Position numbers and translations under genes: made by a program. From IMG/VR virus record IMGVR_UViG_3300043774_000134, positions 2,559 through 66,558 of that record: a DNA stretch of 64,000 nucleotides, one strand, 5' to 3'. The DNA comes from a virus. Below, piece after piece: positions 31,477 through 41,940 of this stretch (its first letter is position 1; each line of letters starts with the position of its first letter). Below the pieces are notes generated by a model. The model had not been told where the DNA came from, did no database searches, and saw only the letters and a program-made list of their open reading frames with translations.

Positions 31477-32420
31477 TATAGTATTCCTGGTTTAACTAGA
31501 TTACCCTTATAGTTGCTAAGGATTTTATCTACTATAATATTACCAGTACCCTCCAAAAATTGTGGGGCAAACTTAACATCAAACTGATCTGTACTATACT
31601 GTGTAATAAAGCGTTTCCAGTAATCATTGTTTCCACATTTAATGTCTTCAATCAGATATTTAATTGCAAGCTCAACATCTGGTGGAACTGCTTTGTATCC
31701 AGCATCAACAATAAGGGTGTAATCGTATCCTTTTGGAAATGCCACTCCATGTCCACTTCTTCCATATAGTCCAAGATCTCCCATTCCAATTGGAAGACGT
31801 GTTGGATTGTATTCAAGCCTGTTAAACTCTGATGCTGGGTTTGTTAGCTCAGTAGTTGGATATCTGTAAACACTTGAATTGTCTAGTGTTACTGCGTATT
31901 GATGTTCCCAATCTGTTTTGGTGTCATAATCAAAAACAAGAATATTGTTTTCATAAACTTTTAATACACGATTTGTGTCGTGCCACAATGGGAAGTAGTC
32001 TGTTCCTTGACCAACTTGCTGAATAATAAGTTTGTGGTTATAAAAACCTCCAGCAACACCCAGATAGGCATCGATAATGCTTCTTGCTATAATCTCTAGC
32101 TCTTTGTATTCTGCAACTTCTGATGCAGTTGTTCCTAAAACATTTGGATCTACATATGGCCTATAAACTGTTAGATTTGAATCTATTACAATTTCACCAT
32201 CTATATCTTCTTCATATACACGAAAAACAAAGTCTCTGTCAAACTGAGCCTTTGATCTTGGAAGAATATATTCAATTTTAGAGTTTCCGTCTGATGTTAC
32301 ATTAGATGTTTCAAATGAGTGATCAACCAAGTCCTCCACATAAATTGTATAATCTGCGTTCGCTTCTGGAACATCCCATGTAGTTGTAATGGGATATGGT
32401 GGCACTCTTAAAATTTCCAT
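31476..32420 (-). CDS. Head-to-tail adaptor
   Basis: First gene after the capsid; ARSIIDAY..AGYKAVPPDVELA..TGNIIVDKIL. Confidence 0.7.
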   Translation of the reverse strand: MEILRVPPYPITTTWDVPEANADYTIYVEDLVDHSFETSNVTSDGNSKIEYILPRSKAQFDRDFVFRVYEEDIDGEIVIDSNLTVYRPYVDPNVLGTTASEVAEYKELEIIARSIIDAYLGVAGGFYNHKLIIQQVGQGTDYFPLWHDTNRVLKVYENNILVFDYDTKTDWEHQYAVTLDNSSVYRYPTTELTNPASEFNRLEYNPTRLPIGMGDLGLYGRSGHGVAFPKGYDYTLIVDAGYKAVPPDVELAIKYLIEDIKCGNNDYWKRFITQYSTDQFDVKFAPQFLEGTGNIIVDKILSNYKGNLVKPGIL

Positions 32421-32460
32421 AAAATGATCAAACTCCTTAATTAATTATACAACACAAATA

Positions 32461-32492
32461 AAGAAGGGGCGAGGACTATTGTCCTCACCCCC
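32461..32492 (-). terminator. Intrinsic terminator after the major capsid gene
   Basis: Minus strand GGGGTGAGGAC-AATA-GTCCTCGCCCC-TTCTTT. Confidence 0.8.
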
Positions 32493-32507
32493 TCAATATT
32501 GTTCTAA

Positions 32508-33617
32508 TTAGGAAGCAGATGGCTTAGTTGCGTAAGCAACAGCATCCTGCTCTTCCCAGTTGATACCAAAGCGTACGAATACTGTGTACTCAATGGTGTC
32601 CTTCTTGGGAACATAGAAGCGGTTGACAGTAATGTCACGCTGGAAGCCCCAGATACGGTTCTGTGGGAATGTAAGGTCTACATAATCCGCAGGGTAGTAA
32701 GGAACCTCAAGCACTGGAATACCGAGAACGCGAGTCTGACGAGCACCGCCAACTGTCTGGTCAATACCACCAAGGTATGAACCACGAGCAGCCTCAGTTG
32801 AACCAATTGAATCCCAAACTGTACCGTTGTTCTTTACAATGTTTGCAAAGGTATCGGTTCCAGCATAGAACTTGAGTCCAGTCTGAAGAGCACGGTAACG
32901 ACGAGGCATAGCTAGAACTAGCTTCTGCATGTCTTCTACCGTCCAGTTAGCATCGTTCTGAGCAACAGCAGCTTCGTGGGCAAATCCATCGGTTTCTACA
33001 CGATTGACAAAACCTTCCATAATGTTAAGGAAGGCATCGCCACCTGAACCAATACCATTAATGGCAAGGTCCTCGATGTCGTTACCGAATGCTGTAGTCA
33101 TAAGACGTACTAGGTGATCCTCAAGAGCACCACCTTCAATATTGTCTTCTAGAGCTTCAGCTGAGACTTCCCAGTCTAGACGTAGCTTCTTTGTTGTAAG
33201 TTCAACCTTACTAAAGGTTGCACCTGCGTTAGTGAATGATGGATCGCCCTGATTAGCAGCACGAACCACACGCTCTCCAACGTTTACCTTCTCTAGTTCC
33301 ATAGTGTTGGCTCGCATAGTTACGCGACGACCATCGTTAGCGAGGGTTGTTGCATCCCAAATGTAGTCGATAAAACGACGAGCTTGCTCGGGACGTAGGA
33401 TACCAGCACCTTCGTAGAGGGGGTTTGCGGTGGATGAAGGGTTAACAGCGTTAGGACCTGTTGTTAGACCATACTCTGCTTCTCCTGGTACATTGTTACC
33501 AACAAAAGCAAAAGCAGGATCTGCTACACCACCGATACCACCTGCAGCAAACTGACCGTCTGAGTTAGGAAACGTTCCGCCTGTTCCAGGGATATTTTTA
33601 ATGATTTCTTCTGACAT
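32508..33617 (-). CDS. Major capsid protein (HK97 fold)
   Basis: GILRPEQARRFIDY..ELTTKKLRLDWEVS.EALEDNIEG..EDLAING; GGAGGTG SD. Confidence 0.92.
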   Translation of the reverse strand: MSEEIIKNIPGTGGTFPNSDGQFAAGGIGGVADPAFAFVGNNVPGEAEYGLTTGPNAVNPSSTANPLYEGAGILRPEQARRFIDYIWDATTLANDGRRVTMRANTMELEKVNVGERVVRAANQGDPSFTNAGATFSKVELTTKKLRLDWEVSAEALEDNIEGGALEDHLVRLMTTAFGNDIEDLAINGIGSGGDAFLNIMEGFVNRVETDGFAHEAAVAQNDANWTVEDMQKLVLAMPRRYRALQTGLKFYAGTDTFANIVKNNGTVWDSIGSTEAARGSYLGGIDQTVGGARQTRVLGIPVLEVPYYPADYVDLTFPQNRIWGFQRDITVNRFYVPKKDTIEYTVFVRFGINWEEQDAVAYATKPSAS

Positions 33618-33647
33618 ATTTTTCACCTCCAAGTGATTTTTTGTTTT

Positions 33648-34937
33648 TTATTTCAGTAGATCGGCATTGTTGAGGAAACGTCCGCCCCATACTGATTTTT
33701 CAACCATTGCTGGTTCCTGTACGATCTCGCCTAGATCGCCAGACTTGCGGAAAGCTGTATCTGCTTCTACTGCATCGATACGCTTGCCAAGATTGTTGAA
33801 ATCGCTTTCTGCGTCAGTGAGAACCTCATTGACATGTCCAAGTGATTTCTTTAGTGCAGCAACTTCATCGCTAAGTGACTTAACCATTGTTGCCATATCG
33901 CTAAAGGCTGATGTAAGAGTATTTTTCATGTCAGTAATTGTTTCCACAATTTCCTCGTCTGACTTTGAAACTGGCTTCATATCCTCTTCAGCATCTTCCT
34001 GCTCGTCGTCGTCTGATTCCTCATCCTCTGACCCAGGCTTCGCTGGTACAACATCATTAGCTGCCTTTTCTACTTCAGCCTCTACGACCTCTGTAGTCTC
34101 TTCGACAACCTCTTCAATTGCGGCATCTGCCTCTGGAGCGATTTCGACTTCTTCAACATTTGTTGTTTCATCTGTCATATTATCCTCCTTGTTAATCTCA
34201 GTATTCTTAATGCCCTTAGCACTATTAACCAAGAATTTAATCATGTCTACCTTGTCAGAATCTGACTTTTCGACAAACCCAATGTTTTGCATTGGAATTC
34301 CGCTTGTTGGACTTACTTCTGATTCATTTTCTGAAACCATAACTAGACCAGACTGCTTGTCCCAAAATACATTTTCAATTTCAAGGTCTGTGACCTCTCC
34401 CTTTACTATTGTATCTCCAGCTTGATTCTTTTCAATTGAAATAACATTGGCAAACTGATTAGCAGGATTGTCAACAAGTGAAAGCTCAACAAGGTCGTAG
34501 TCTTTAATAATACGAATTGCTGCATCTATCTTCTCGTCATACCCATCGTCCCACTTATTCATCTTTCCACCAATGGAGAAACCTGAAAGTGTACCGTCAA
34601 GAACCTTCTCCCAAGTATCCTGAGCACCCTTTGAAACATATGCAGAAACAAATACTCCGTTATAGAACTTCTTTGTCTCTGGATCAAAGTACTTATCTTC
34701 CTTAAAGTTGACCATCTTACCTACCGCCATTGGTTGGTGCATTTCACGAATGTTTCCACGGAACTTGGCAAATGCTTTTAGTGATGCATCTGTAGTAACA
34801 ACATCTGACTGCTTGTCAATGTTATCGAGGGTGGCAAAACCAGAGACAATACGTCTCTCCTGATCAACTTTACTGAACGGCATTGAGAGGCGAACGTTGT
34901 CGCCCTCAGATTCCCAGTGTGCTTTTTGAATAGTCAT
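33648..34937 (-). CDS. Prohead (capsid maturation) protease with acidic scaffold-like C-terminus
   Basis: IVSGFATLDNID..IREMH..GFSIGG..ELSLVDNPAN. Confidence 0.92.
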   Translation of the reverse strand: MTIQKAHWESEGDNVRLSMPFSKVDQERRIVSGFATLDNIDKQSDVVTTDASLKAFAKFRGNIREMHQPMAVGKMVNFKEDKYFDPETKKFYNGVFVSAYVSKGAQDTWEKVLDGTLSGFSIGGKMNKWDDGYDEKIDAAIRIIKDYDLVELSLVDNPANQFANVISIEKNQAGDTIVKGEVTDLEIENVFWDKQSGLVMVSENESEVSPTSGIPMQNIGFVEKSDSDKVDMIKFLVNSAKGIKNTEINKEDNMTDETTNVEEVEIAPEADAAIEEVVEETTEVVEAEVEKAANDVVPAKPGSEDEESDDDEQEDAEEDMKPVSKSDEEIVETITDMKNTLTSAFSDMATMVKSLSDEVAALKKSLGHVNEVLTDAESDFNNLGKRIDAVEADTAFRKSGDLGEIVQEPAMVEKSVWGGRFLNNADLLK

Positions 34938-35000
34938 ACTAATCTAATTATATTCCCTTTTTGATAAAAGTTACTATTTTGTTATATTATACATCATTTT

Positions 35001-36599
35001 TTAATTTGATGCTCTACCTTCACCTTTTGGATTTCGTCCAGAGGTGGTAGCAGTATTATCAGCCTGTTCTTGTTGACGCTGAGCATCACGAGTTCTGTTT
35101 TGCTGATTGTTGGCATTAGAATCTGTTGCCTGTCTAGCAGTTGGGGTAATCATCTTGTCACTATCTTTACGCTGTGGCAAGTTCAGTGCGTCACGAGCCT
35201 CATTGGGAGCCATGATCTGATTCTTTACATAGTTTGTAAGAATCTGTGACTGTGCAAGTTCATCAGTAAGCGTAAGCTCATTAAATTTAAACTCAAGAAC
35301 ATCTGTTTTTTCACGAATGATTTTATTAAGAATCTTTTCAAGATTACGCTGTGCAGGTCTTGCAACTTGTTCCTTAAATGTACGGTCTTGTGCAAGTGCT
35401 GCAGCAATGTTTGCAGCTTCTCCACCACCAAGCTTTGAAAGTGGAACCTGGTGTGCAATCAAAATGTCGTCACGAACCTGTTGGCGGTATTGGTGGAAAG
35501 ATCCTTCCTGAACACCTGCCTCAATTGGCTCCATTCTAAACTCTACCTTATTCATGTCAGAGTCGCCTGGAAGTGGAATATAAAGAGTTCTGTGGTTTTG
35601 ACTCTTAAGCCCAGTCTGAAGGAACCTGAATAGCTTGTCTTCAGCTTCCTGTGATAGCTGAGCACCCTTTAGAGTTACAATGTAACGAGGCACTGCTTTA
35701 TTCTGAAAGTAGTCTACATTGTATTGTGAAGCGAATCCGTCACCAATCAAAGAGGGCATTGCAGAAATAATATCTGGCACACCATAGAAAGTATTTAGTG
35801 GAGAGTAATCTTTAATGTGAATAATCTCATTAGGTCGTGGGTCTTGCGTAACTGGGTTCTTGTTAGATGCCCCAAAATTACGGAAGTACACAACTTTGTT
35901 AGCAATGATCTGAACAAAGCCATCGTGAAGACGACGAACGCGAACGGTAGTAGCAGGAATATGCCCAATGTAACCAATCTGACCATTTGTAGTACGACCT
36001 ACCTCAATGTAGCCGTTACCTGTTGCCTGAACATCTGTATAAACTTTTTCCATTGTTGTGGTAAAGCTATCGTCTGAATTAAGACTTTCCATCCAGTCAC
36101 GAAGCTCAATTTTTGCTCGCTCAATACGACTACGAGCACGACTTACCTTTGATGCATCTTCCTCTATTTCAAGACGCATAAGAGTTCTGTCTGAAATTAT
36201 AAAATCATAACCAAGACCAACAATATTTTCTACCTTCGCATCAATAGCTGCGTGATTTGCAAAAGAAGTGTCGTAGTATCCAGCAAGCTGATAAACATCG
36301 TATGGAGGAGTAATAATGTCAAAGATACCGTATGCATTGCGATAAACAGCACCAGGATTTAGCTTCTTTGATTTAGCATCCTCACGACCAGAGTCAATAG
36401 CACTTGCAGAATCCATATAGGCTTCGGACATTGCTGTTTTTTCTATACGAGACTCACGACGCTTAAAGTTTGGATCAATGCCCACATAGTTTTTAATTTC
36501 ATCCCAAGACTTTGTAAAAGGATCATTGTTTACAGCAACATCCTGATCAAGATATGAGTCATCTCTAATTGGAATTGCAATTTTAGTTAAATCATTCAT
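35001..36599 (-). CDS. Portal protein (start could be 36605)
   Basis: TGNGYIEV.R..HIPATTVR..NEIIH..YGVPDI..YFQNKAVP..PNEAR. Confidence 0.92.
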   Translation of the reverse strand: MNDLTKIAIPIRDDSYLDQDVAVNNDPFTKSWDEIKNYVGIDPNFKRRESRIEKTAMSEAYMDSASAIDSGREDAKSKKLNPGAVYRNAYGIFDIITPPYDVYQLAGYYDTSFANHAAIDAKVENIVGLGYDFIISDRTLMRLEIEEDASKVSRARSRIERAKIELRDWMESLNSDDSFTTTMEKVYTDVQATGNGYIEVGRTTNGQIGYIGHIPATTVRVRRLHDGFVQIIANKVVYFRNFGASNKNPVTQDPRPNEIIHIKDYSPLNTFYGVPDIISAMPSLIGDGFASQYNVDYFQNKAVPRYIVTLKGAQLSQEAEDKLFRFLQTGLKSQNHRTLYIPLPGDSDMNKVEFRMEPIEAGVQEGSFHQYRQQVRDDILIAHQVPLSKLGGGEAANIAAALAQDRTFKEQVARPAQRNLEKILNKIIREKTDVLEFKFNELTLTDELAQSQILTNYVKNQIMAPNEARDALNLPQRKDSDKMITPTARQATDSNANNQQNRTRDAQRQQEQADNTATTSGRNPKGEGRASN

Positions 36600-36966
36600 C
36601 GCCATACATCTCCAAGGTCTTCTTGGCAGCAATAACTGCACCAAGGTCATTCATAGATGGGATTAGTCCCTGTGACATGCGATCCCTTTGTTCTGAGTGT
36701 TCTTCGTCTGAAATTCGTCCAGTACCTTCGAAGAACACCGCCTCTCCATCTGGCTCACCATAATATGCAGCTGCTTTTTTAAGCTCTTCAATCTTAGACT
36801 GATCTCCACGCATTGCTGGAATATTTAAAACATTGTTATCGCCATCGGTAAAGAACTTACCGTTTGACTTCTTCCAAACGTAAATACCTGCATTTGTGAG
36901 GTTGTCACCAACAAATTGGATCTTAGTCTTACCAATTTGGCCCTTCATAATCTTATCCATGAACAC
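36592..36966 (-). CDS. Hypothetical protein upstream of portal
   Basis: 124 aa ORF with a TATACT promoter. Confidence 0.7.
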   Translation of the reverse strand: MFMDKIMKGQIGKTKIQFVGDNLTNAGIYVWKKSNGKFFTDGDNNVLNIPAMRGDQSKIEELKKAAAYYGEPDGEAVFFEGTGRISDEEHSEQRDRMSQGLIPSMNDLGAVIAAKKTLEMYGDE

Positions 36967-36978
36967 TAGTATACCATA

Positions 36979-39900
36979 TTAAGCAGGAGTAACAATATTT
37001 TCTTGCCACGTTACGTTGTCAAAGAATGTGTACTGGTACTTGTTTAACCTAAATACGCTATCTGTGTCTGCAACAATTCTATCTGTCCCAGTATATTTTT
37101 TGTATACTGATTCACCGTCAACTGTTGGAAGACTTCTTTCGTTAGAAAACAGTACAGTTTTCCATGAGTATGGCGTTGTTGCTAAAATTGGTGGGGTATT
37201 AGATGGATCTGTACCAGTCTTCCAATACCCCCAATGTGCCTGATTGCCGTCTACAGAATTAACAGCAAACCATTTACGATAAGTTGATCTAGCATTTGAT
37301 TCCAACAAAGACGACTGATACTGAAGAATGTTATCTACAGAAATTTCACCAGTTAGATTTAAAGCACCAGTATAGTTGTCAAATATAAGAGGTGTTCCAA
37401 AAACCAAGCCTAAGATTGTCCAAGAATCAATGTTAATTACTGGCGTCTTAACAATTTTTCCATTAACATAAAACACAATATTAGAATCAAGTAATCCAGT
37501 ATTTGAGTCAACCGCATAGACTCTTGCTCTTTTTCTGTTTGCTGTGTCTGGAACCATATAGAATCTTGTATTTAATTCTGAGTTTTCAATTTGAAAAACT
37601 TCTGTAATTTCTTCTGGAAAAAGATTATCTTTATATCTTAAAGCCATTTGTAGTCCAGAAAGTCTGTAAAAGCTTGAGGCATTTTGATTAATAGGAACTC
37701 TAATGCCATGCTCTTCACCTTGACCAACAGTATCTCTAAGCCTAACTCCACTGCTTCCAGTTAAATAAAAATATGGAGAGCTTCCTTTATAAATGGTATA
37801 AGGGTTTCTATGCTTGTAATCTGTAAAATCTGTTGATCTTGTATATGGGTAAATATCTGTTCCGTACTTAGTTCCAATTGCTGTTGGAATAAACGAGTTT
37901 AATGCTTGTGATGAAAGCTGTAAAGATTGAATTTTAATTGGGTTTTCTACAATTCCAGCAGCCAACACTTCTAAGTGAACAACAAGTGCTAGATCTTTAA
38001 AGTCTATGTCTCTTGGTGGGTAAATAATCATATCATTAGTAATTCCGTATTTCTCAAATTCCCAATTTTCTCCTGGCTCAATCACGCCACTAATTGGTGG
38101 CAAAAATGTATTTTCATCAGTGAACTGCTTAACACTAGTATTAGCATTTTCTGTAAGTCTTTGAAAGGATACGTGAGTTTTAATTATTGAATCCGTAGTG
38201 TCGTATCCATTAAAAGTAAAGATGTTTAGTTCTGGATAAGAAATATTAAACTGAATAAAATCAAGATCAAAAACTTTTTCATTAAGTTTTGAAGTTACAT
38301 ATTTTCCAAAATAAGCAAGTGGAACATAATCTTGCCAATATCCATTTGTTGCTACATCTAAAGTAAATGTGTCGATAAACTTTTTTGGAACCAATGTATA
38401 ACTTGCAATATGCTCAGTTGTTTCAACAGGATCATAACTATCTGCAATAATTGCCATACCTGTTAATTCTCCAGTTATGTTAAACAAACTTTCAATTTTT
38501 TCTAAATTTCTGGCTGTGCAAAAACCTACACGATAAATTTTTCCAGAAAATGTATTACTTAAAGAACCCTTTCCACCAACATAAACTTTTAGTTTTTGTC
38601 TTAATCCAAAAAAGGATAAGGCTTCTGTCCCATTTGCCTTACAAAAATTATCAATATTTAAGCCAGCAACAAAAATGTCTCCTGGGGTATATGTTTGTGA
38701 TGGAGATGCGTTGTCATAAATTTTAATAATTGGTGTGTTTGGTGAACCAGTAGAGTCAAAAGTTTGAAGAGTGTAAACAATGTCAGATCCCTCAATTGTT
38801 ATTTCAAAATAATCAAAGTTAAGTGTGTTTTCAACATAAAATAATGTCTGTTTTGAAGAGTCTTCTGTATTGCTTTCAAAAAGTCCGTAAAAACATTTAG
38901 TGTCTTGAATTAAAGAATTAATAGATGAAAACTCAATGTACCCATTAGTATTATCCCATAAACTGTTTGGTCTTAAAGTAATAAAGGAGTCCTCATCTTC
39001 TGGCTGAATTGCAGACAAGTCTTTGTAAAAATCATTTATTGTTTTATTGCTAAATGTAATTTGCGGTAAAGAATAGTCTGGCAAGTTAATTGATGTATTG
39101 TCAATTTTTAAGTTTTCTGAAATTCCTTGTTGCCATTTTCCAATATCTGGATAAAAATAGTTTTTAGAATAGTTTGCCATTGGATAGTCAATAGCTACTG
39201 CTGTTCCAAGATTAAAGTTACCAATATTTTCAAAAGCATCTAGACCTTGACCATAAATCCATCTACGTTTTTGTACAATTGCTGGAACTAGATATGGATA
39301 TATCCCAACACAATCAAGCTCTATTAATGGGACGTCTTCGTATGCATAAAAAGCAAGCCAGTCTTGATCTTTTGTTGTTTCTTCTGATGTGTCGTATTTT
39401 GGGGGGTAGTCAATAGTTGATGCAATAAATGTCATTGAAATAACTTCTTCACCATTAAGCATTAAGCTTGCTGATGTACTACTCAACTTAATGCTAATAA
39501 GCATTGGTCTATCCCATTCACCAATATAATAAGAACTTGTATTTGTTCCTACTTTTAATACTAAGAATGAGTCATTTACATAGAGTCCATCAGATGATGA
39601 AACTGGTCCCACTATTCTTCTTGGAACTGTAGCTGAACTTTGTATCTTTACCCAAAATTCTAGTGTTGCGTCTGAATATTGTCCGCTATCGTTCATAAAT
39701 CCAAAACCAGGTAAAACCAAAGATGGATAGTTTTCTCCAGTAATTTCATCAATATTAGGAATAATTCTTGTGCTGTTACTAGCACCATAAACTAGTGGCA
39801 AACCAGCATTAGAGGCACACATAAGTCCTTTGTTTGACAAATAGTATCCAAGAGTATCTTGCAAGCCATAAGGCTTTGTAGTAGCCCCTGTTCCTATTGG

Positions 39901-40533
39901 AGTTATGCTATCTGGAAGCTCTATAGTGTTTACTCCTAAAGAAGATACGTTAAACTGTTCTGACCATTGAGAAACATCTAGTCCATTAATAAAGAATGAA
40001 TAAACACTACCTGCGGCTGGATAGGTAAGTTTAAGGTATGCCTGTAAATTTGAAAAAGAATCAGGAATATCAAAAGATTCTGATATAAAAGCCCATTTCT
40101 GAATTTCATCAATAGTTACAGTTTTATAAACTAGTTGTTGAACACTTTCTTCATCGAGATAAGAATATCCAATGTCCACCGTTGCTTGCTGATCCCCAGC
40201 ATATAAATATGTAGAAACTACAAACGACTCTAAGTCTACATTAAAGTCTGAATAGTTTGCAAAAGCTGGACTTAAGACTGTAGTAGAGTCTCCAATGCTT
40301 ACAGTTCCTACTAAAATTTTATTGACTACTGATTCTAATTGTGCCTCTGGCGAAGACTCGGAATATACTGATGGAGTTCCATTTGTAACTGTCCACCCAT
40401 TTCCTGTAGAAATAGTTCTTTCATTTTCTGGCACAAAAGAAACATGCGTTACGTTTTCGTCAAGTGCCCATAAAACTACTGGCTGCTCTGCAAAAACTTT
40501 ATCTGCATATGAATTTGAAGTTACTATAGACAC
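36979..40533 (-). CDS. Large virion protein with LamG/ConA-like region
   Basis: YADKVFAEQPVVLWALDE start; TLEFWVKI..LMLNGEEV. Confidence 0.65.
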   Translation of the reverse strand: MSIVTSNSYADKVFAEQPVVLWALDENVTHVSFVPENERTISTGNGWTVTNGTPSVYSESSPEAQLESVVNKILVGTVSIGDSTTVLSPAFANYSDFNVDLESFVVSTYLYAGDQQATVDIGYSYLDEESVQQLVYKTVTIDEIQKWAFISESFDIPDSFSNLQAYLKLTYPAAGSVYSFFINGLDVSQWSEQFNVSSLGVNTIELPDSITPIGTGATTKPYGLQDTLGYYLSNKGLMCASNAGLPLVYGASNSTRIIPNIDEITGENYPSLVLPGFGFMNDSGQYSDATLEFWVKIQSSATVPRRIVGPVSSSDGLYVNDSFLVLKVGTNTSSYYIGEWDRPMLISIKLSSTSASLMLNGEEVISMTFIASTIDYPPKYDTSEETTKDQDWLAFYAYEDVPLIELDCVGIYPYLVPAIVQKRRWIYGQGLDAFENIGNFNLGTAVAIDYPMANYSKNYFYPDIGKWQQGISENLKIDNTSINLPDYSLPQITFSNKTINDFYKDLSAIQPEDEDSFITLRPNSLWDNTNGYIEFSSINSLIQDTKCFYGLFESNTEDSSKQTLFYVENTLNFDYFEITIEGSDIVYTLQTFDSTGSPNTPIIKIYDNASPSQTYTPGDIFVAGLNIDNFCKANGTEALSFFGLRQKLKVYVGGKGSLSNTFSGKIYRVGFCTARNLEKIESLFNITGELTGMAIIADSYDPVETTEHIASYTLVPKKFIDTFTLDVATNGYWQDYVPLAYFGKYVTSKLNEKVFDLDFIQFNISYPELNIFTFNGYDTTDSIIKTHVSFQRLTENANTSVKQFTDENTFLPPISGVIEPGENWEFEKYGITNDMIIYPPRDIDFKDLALVVHLEVLAAGIVENPIKIQSLQLSSQALNSFIPTAIGTKYGTDIYPYTRSTDFTDYKHRNPYTIYKGSSPYFYLTGSSGVRLRDTVGQGEEHGIRVPINQNASSFYRLSGLQMALRYKDNLFPEEITEVFQIENSELNTRFYMVPDTANRKRARVYAVDSNTGLLDSNIVFYVNGKIVKTPVINIDSWTILGLVFGTPLIFDNYTGALNLTGEISVDNILQYQSSLLESNARSTYRKWFAVNSVDGNQAHWGYWKTGTDPSNTPPILATTPYSWKTVLFSNERSLPTVDGESVYKKYTGTDRIVADTDSVFRLNKYQYTFFDNVTWQENIVTPA

Positions 40534-40580
40534 GTATTCACCTTAGTTAATTTTATCATATTTTAACTTATACTATTACA

Positions 40581-40611
40581 AAAAGAATACCCCCAGATTT
40601 CTCCAGGGGCA
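40581..40611 (-). terminator. Intrinsic terminator after the endolysin
   Basis: Minus strand GCCCCTGG..CTGGGGGT-ATTCTTTT. Confidence 0.6.
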
Positions 40612-40626
40612 GTCTTAAGTTTTTAT

Positions 40627-41910
40627 CTACTTAGCAGTTTTAGGTGCATTGGCAATAGCAAGTGTAGTAAACGGAACAGCAAGGTTTCCTACAACTGCAC
40701 TAGCAACTATGACCCAGATTGGAGCCTGAACTCCAGCAGCCATAATTCCTACGCCAATGTTGCTAACGATTAGTGCTGCAAGGCCATAGAGTGCATAAGC
40801 AAGCTTACGCCCCTTTGCATTTGGAATAAGAATTCCAAGAGCATCAGCTCCTGCATGTGTTGCTTCTGTTGGAAGCGGCTTTACGTTTGGCATTGGTTTT
40901 GTCTCCTTATTTGGTTTTACCACAGGCTTAGTAACAGGTTTTGTTACTGGCTCAGTTGGTTTTGTAACTGGTTTTGCTGGCTCTGGTGTGACAGTTGGCT
41001 TTTCAATTGGTTTCTCAACTGGCTTGTCAACTGGCTTTTCAATTGGTTTTGAATCAGGGACAACAGGTTTTACAGCTGGTTTAGTAAACTGACCAGCGTT
41101 AAGACGATTTTGCATTGCAGTAATAGTTGCAGGACCAAATGATCCATCGGCAGTTACTCCAAGATATGTCTGAAGAGCCTTTGTAGTTGCAGGTCCCCAC
41201 GAACCATCTTGAGCAGTACCCAAGAAAGCCTGAAGAGCCTTTGTGCTAGCAGGTCCAAACGAACCATCATCAGCAACTCCAAGAGCACGTTGAAGTGCCT
41301 TTTTTGTTGAAGGACCAAATGATCCGTCAGCAGAAAGACCACTAGCAGGGCCAGCATTTAGCACAGCCAGTGTTTTAGGACCCACAATACCGTCAACAAC
41401 TAGTCCGTTTTTAGACTGAAAATCTTTGATAGCAGCTAGTGTCTTAGGACCAACAACTCCATCTGCAACCAACCCATATCCAAACTTGTTAAGAAGATTT
41501 TGAATATTAAGTGAGTTTGAGTTATTCCCAGAACCACCATTAACATAGTCAAGAGGGTCTACTCTACGACCACTAGGATCAATAAGATGCCAGTGGATAT
41601 GAGGTCCAGTTGATTGTCCTGTCGAACCCGAGTATCCAATAATTTGACCCTGCTTGTAGTTTCCTTCAGGAACAAATCCGCCGTCACGCAAATGCAAGTA
41701 TTCGTCAATAAATCCGTTGCCGTGATGGAAACGAATGTAATTGCCGTAACCATTAGTCATTGGTCGATTTTCTAGACGACCATCTGTGGGGGCAGGAATT
41801 GGTGTGTTACTTCGTACAGCATAGTCAATTCCTCCACGCGAACCCCTAGCGATATGATCATTCCAATCATCGCTTATGGGGTACTGAGAAAGTGTGTTAA
41901 TATAAGTCAT
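40627..41910 (-). CDS. Endolysin: M23 peptidase + peptidoglycan-binding repeats + C-terminal two-TM holin-like domain
   Basis: HIARG..GIDY, YLHL, STGPHIHW; DG..GP.T repeats; Pro/Lys linker; two hydrophobic helices. Confidence 0.9.
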   Translation of the reverse strand: MTYINTLSQYPISDDWNDHIARGSRGGIDYAVRSNTPIPAPTDGRLENRPMTNGYGNYIRFHHGNGFIDEYLHLRDGGFVPEGNYKQGQIIGYSGSTGQSTGPHIHWHLIDPSGRRVDPLDYVNGGSGNNSNSLNIQNLLNKFGYGLVADGVVGPKTLAAIKDFQSKNGLVVDGIVGPKTLAVLNAGPASGLSADGSFGPSTKKALQRALGVADDGSFGPASTKALQAFLGTAQDGSWGPATTKALQTYLGVTADGSFGPATITAMQNRLNAGQFTKPAVKPVVPDSKPIEKPVDKPVEKPIEKPTVTPEPAKPVTKPTEPVTKPVTKPVVKPNKETKPMPNVKPLPTEATHAGADALGILIPNAKGRKLAYALYGLAALIVSNIGVGIMAAGVQAPIWVIVASAVVGNLAVPFTTLAIANAPKTAK

Positions 41911-41940
41911 TTTTCCTCCTCTTATAGTTTACCACATTTA

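Noticed and set aside
33667-34425. 252-aa plus-strand ORF
   Set aside because: Antisense to the acidic scaffold region; Ser/Thr-rich mirror composition.
40895-41075. Tandem KPVTKP/KPIEKP repeats
   Set aside because: Ordinary low-complexity linker in the endolysin.
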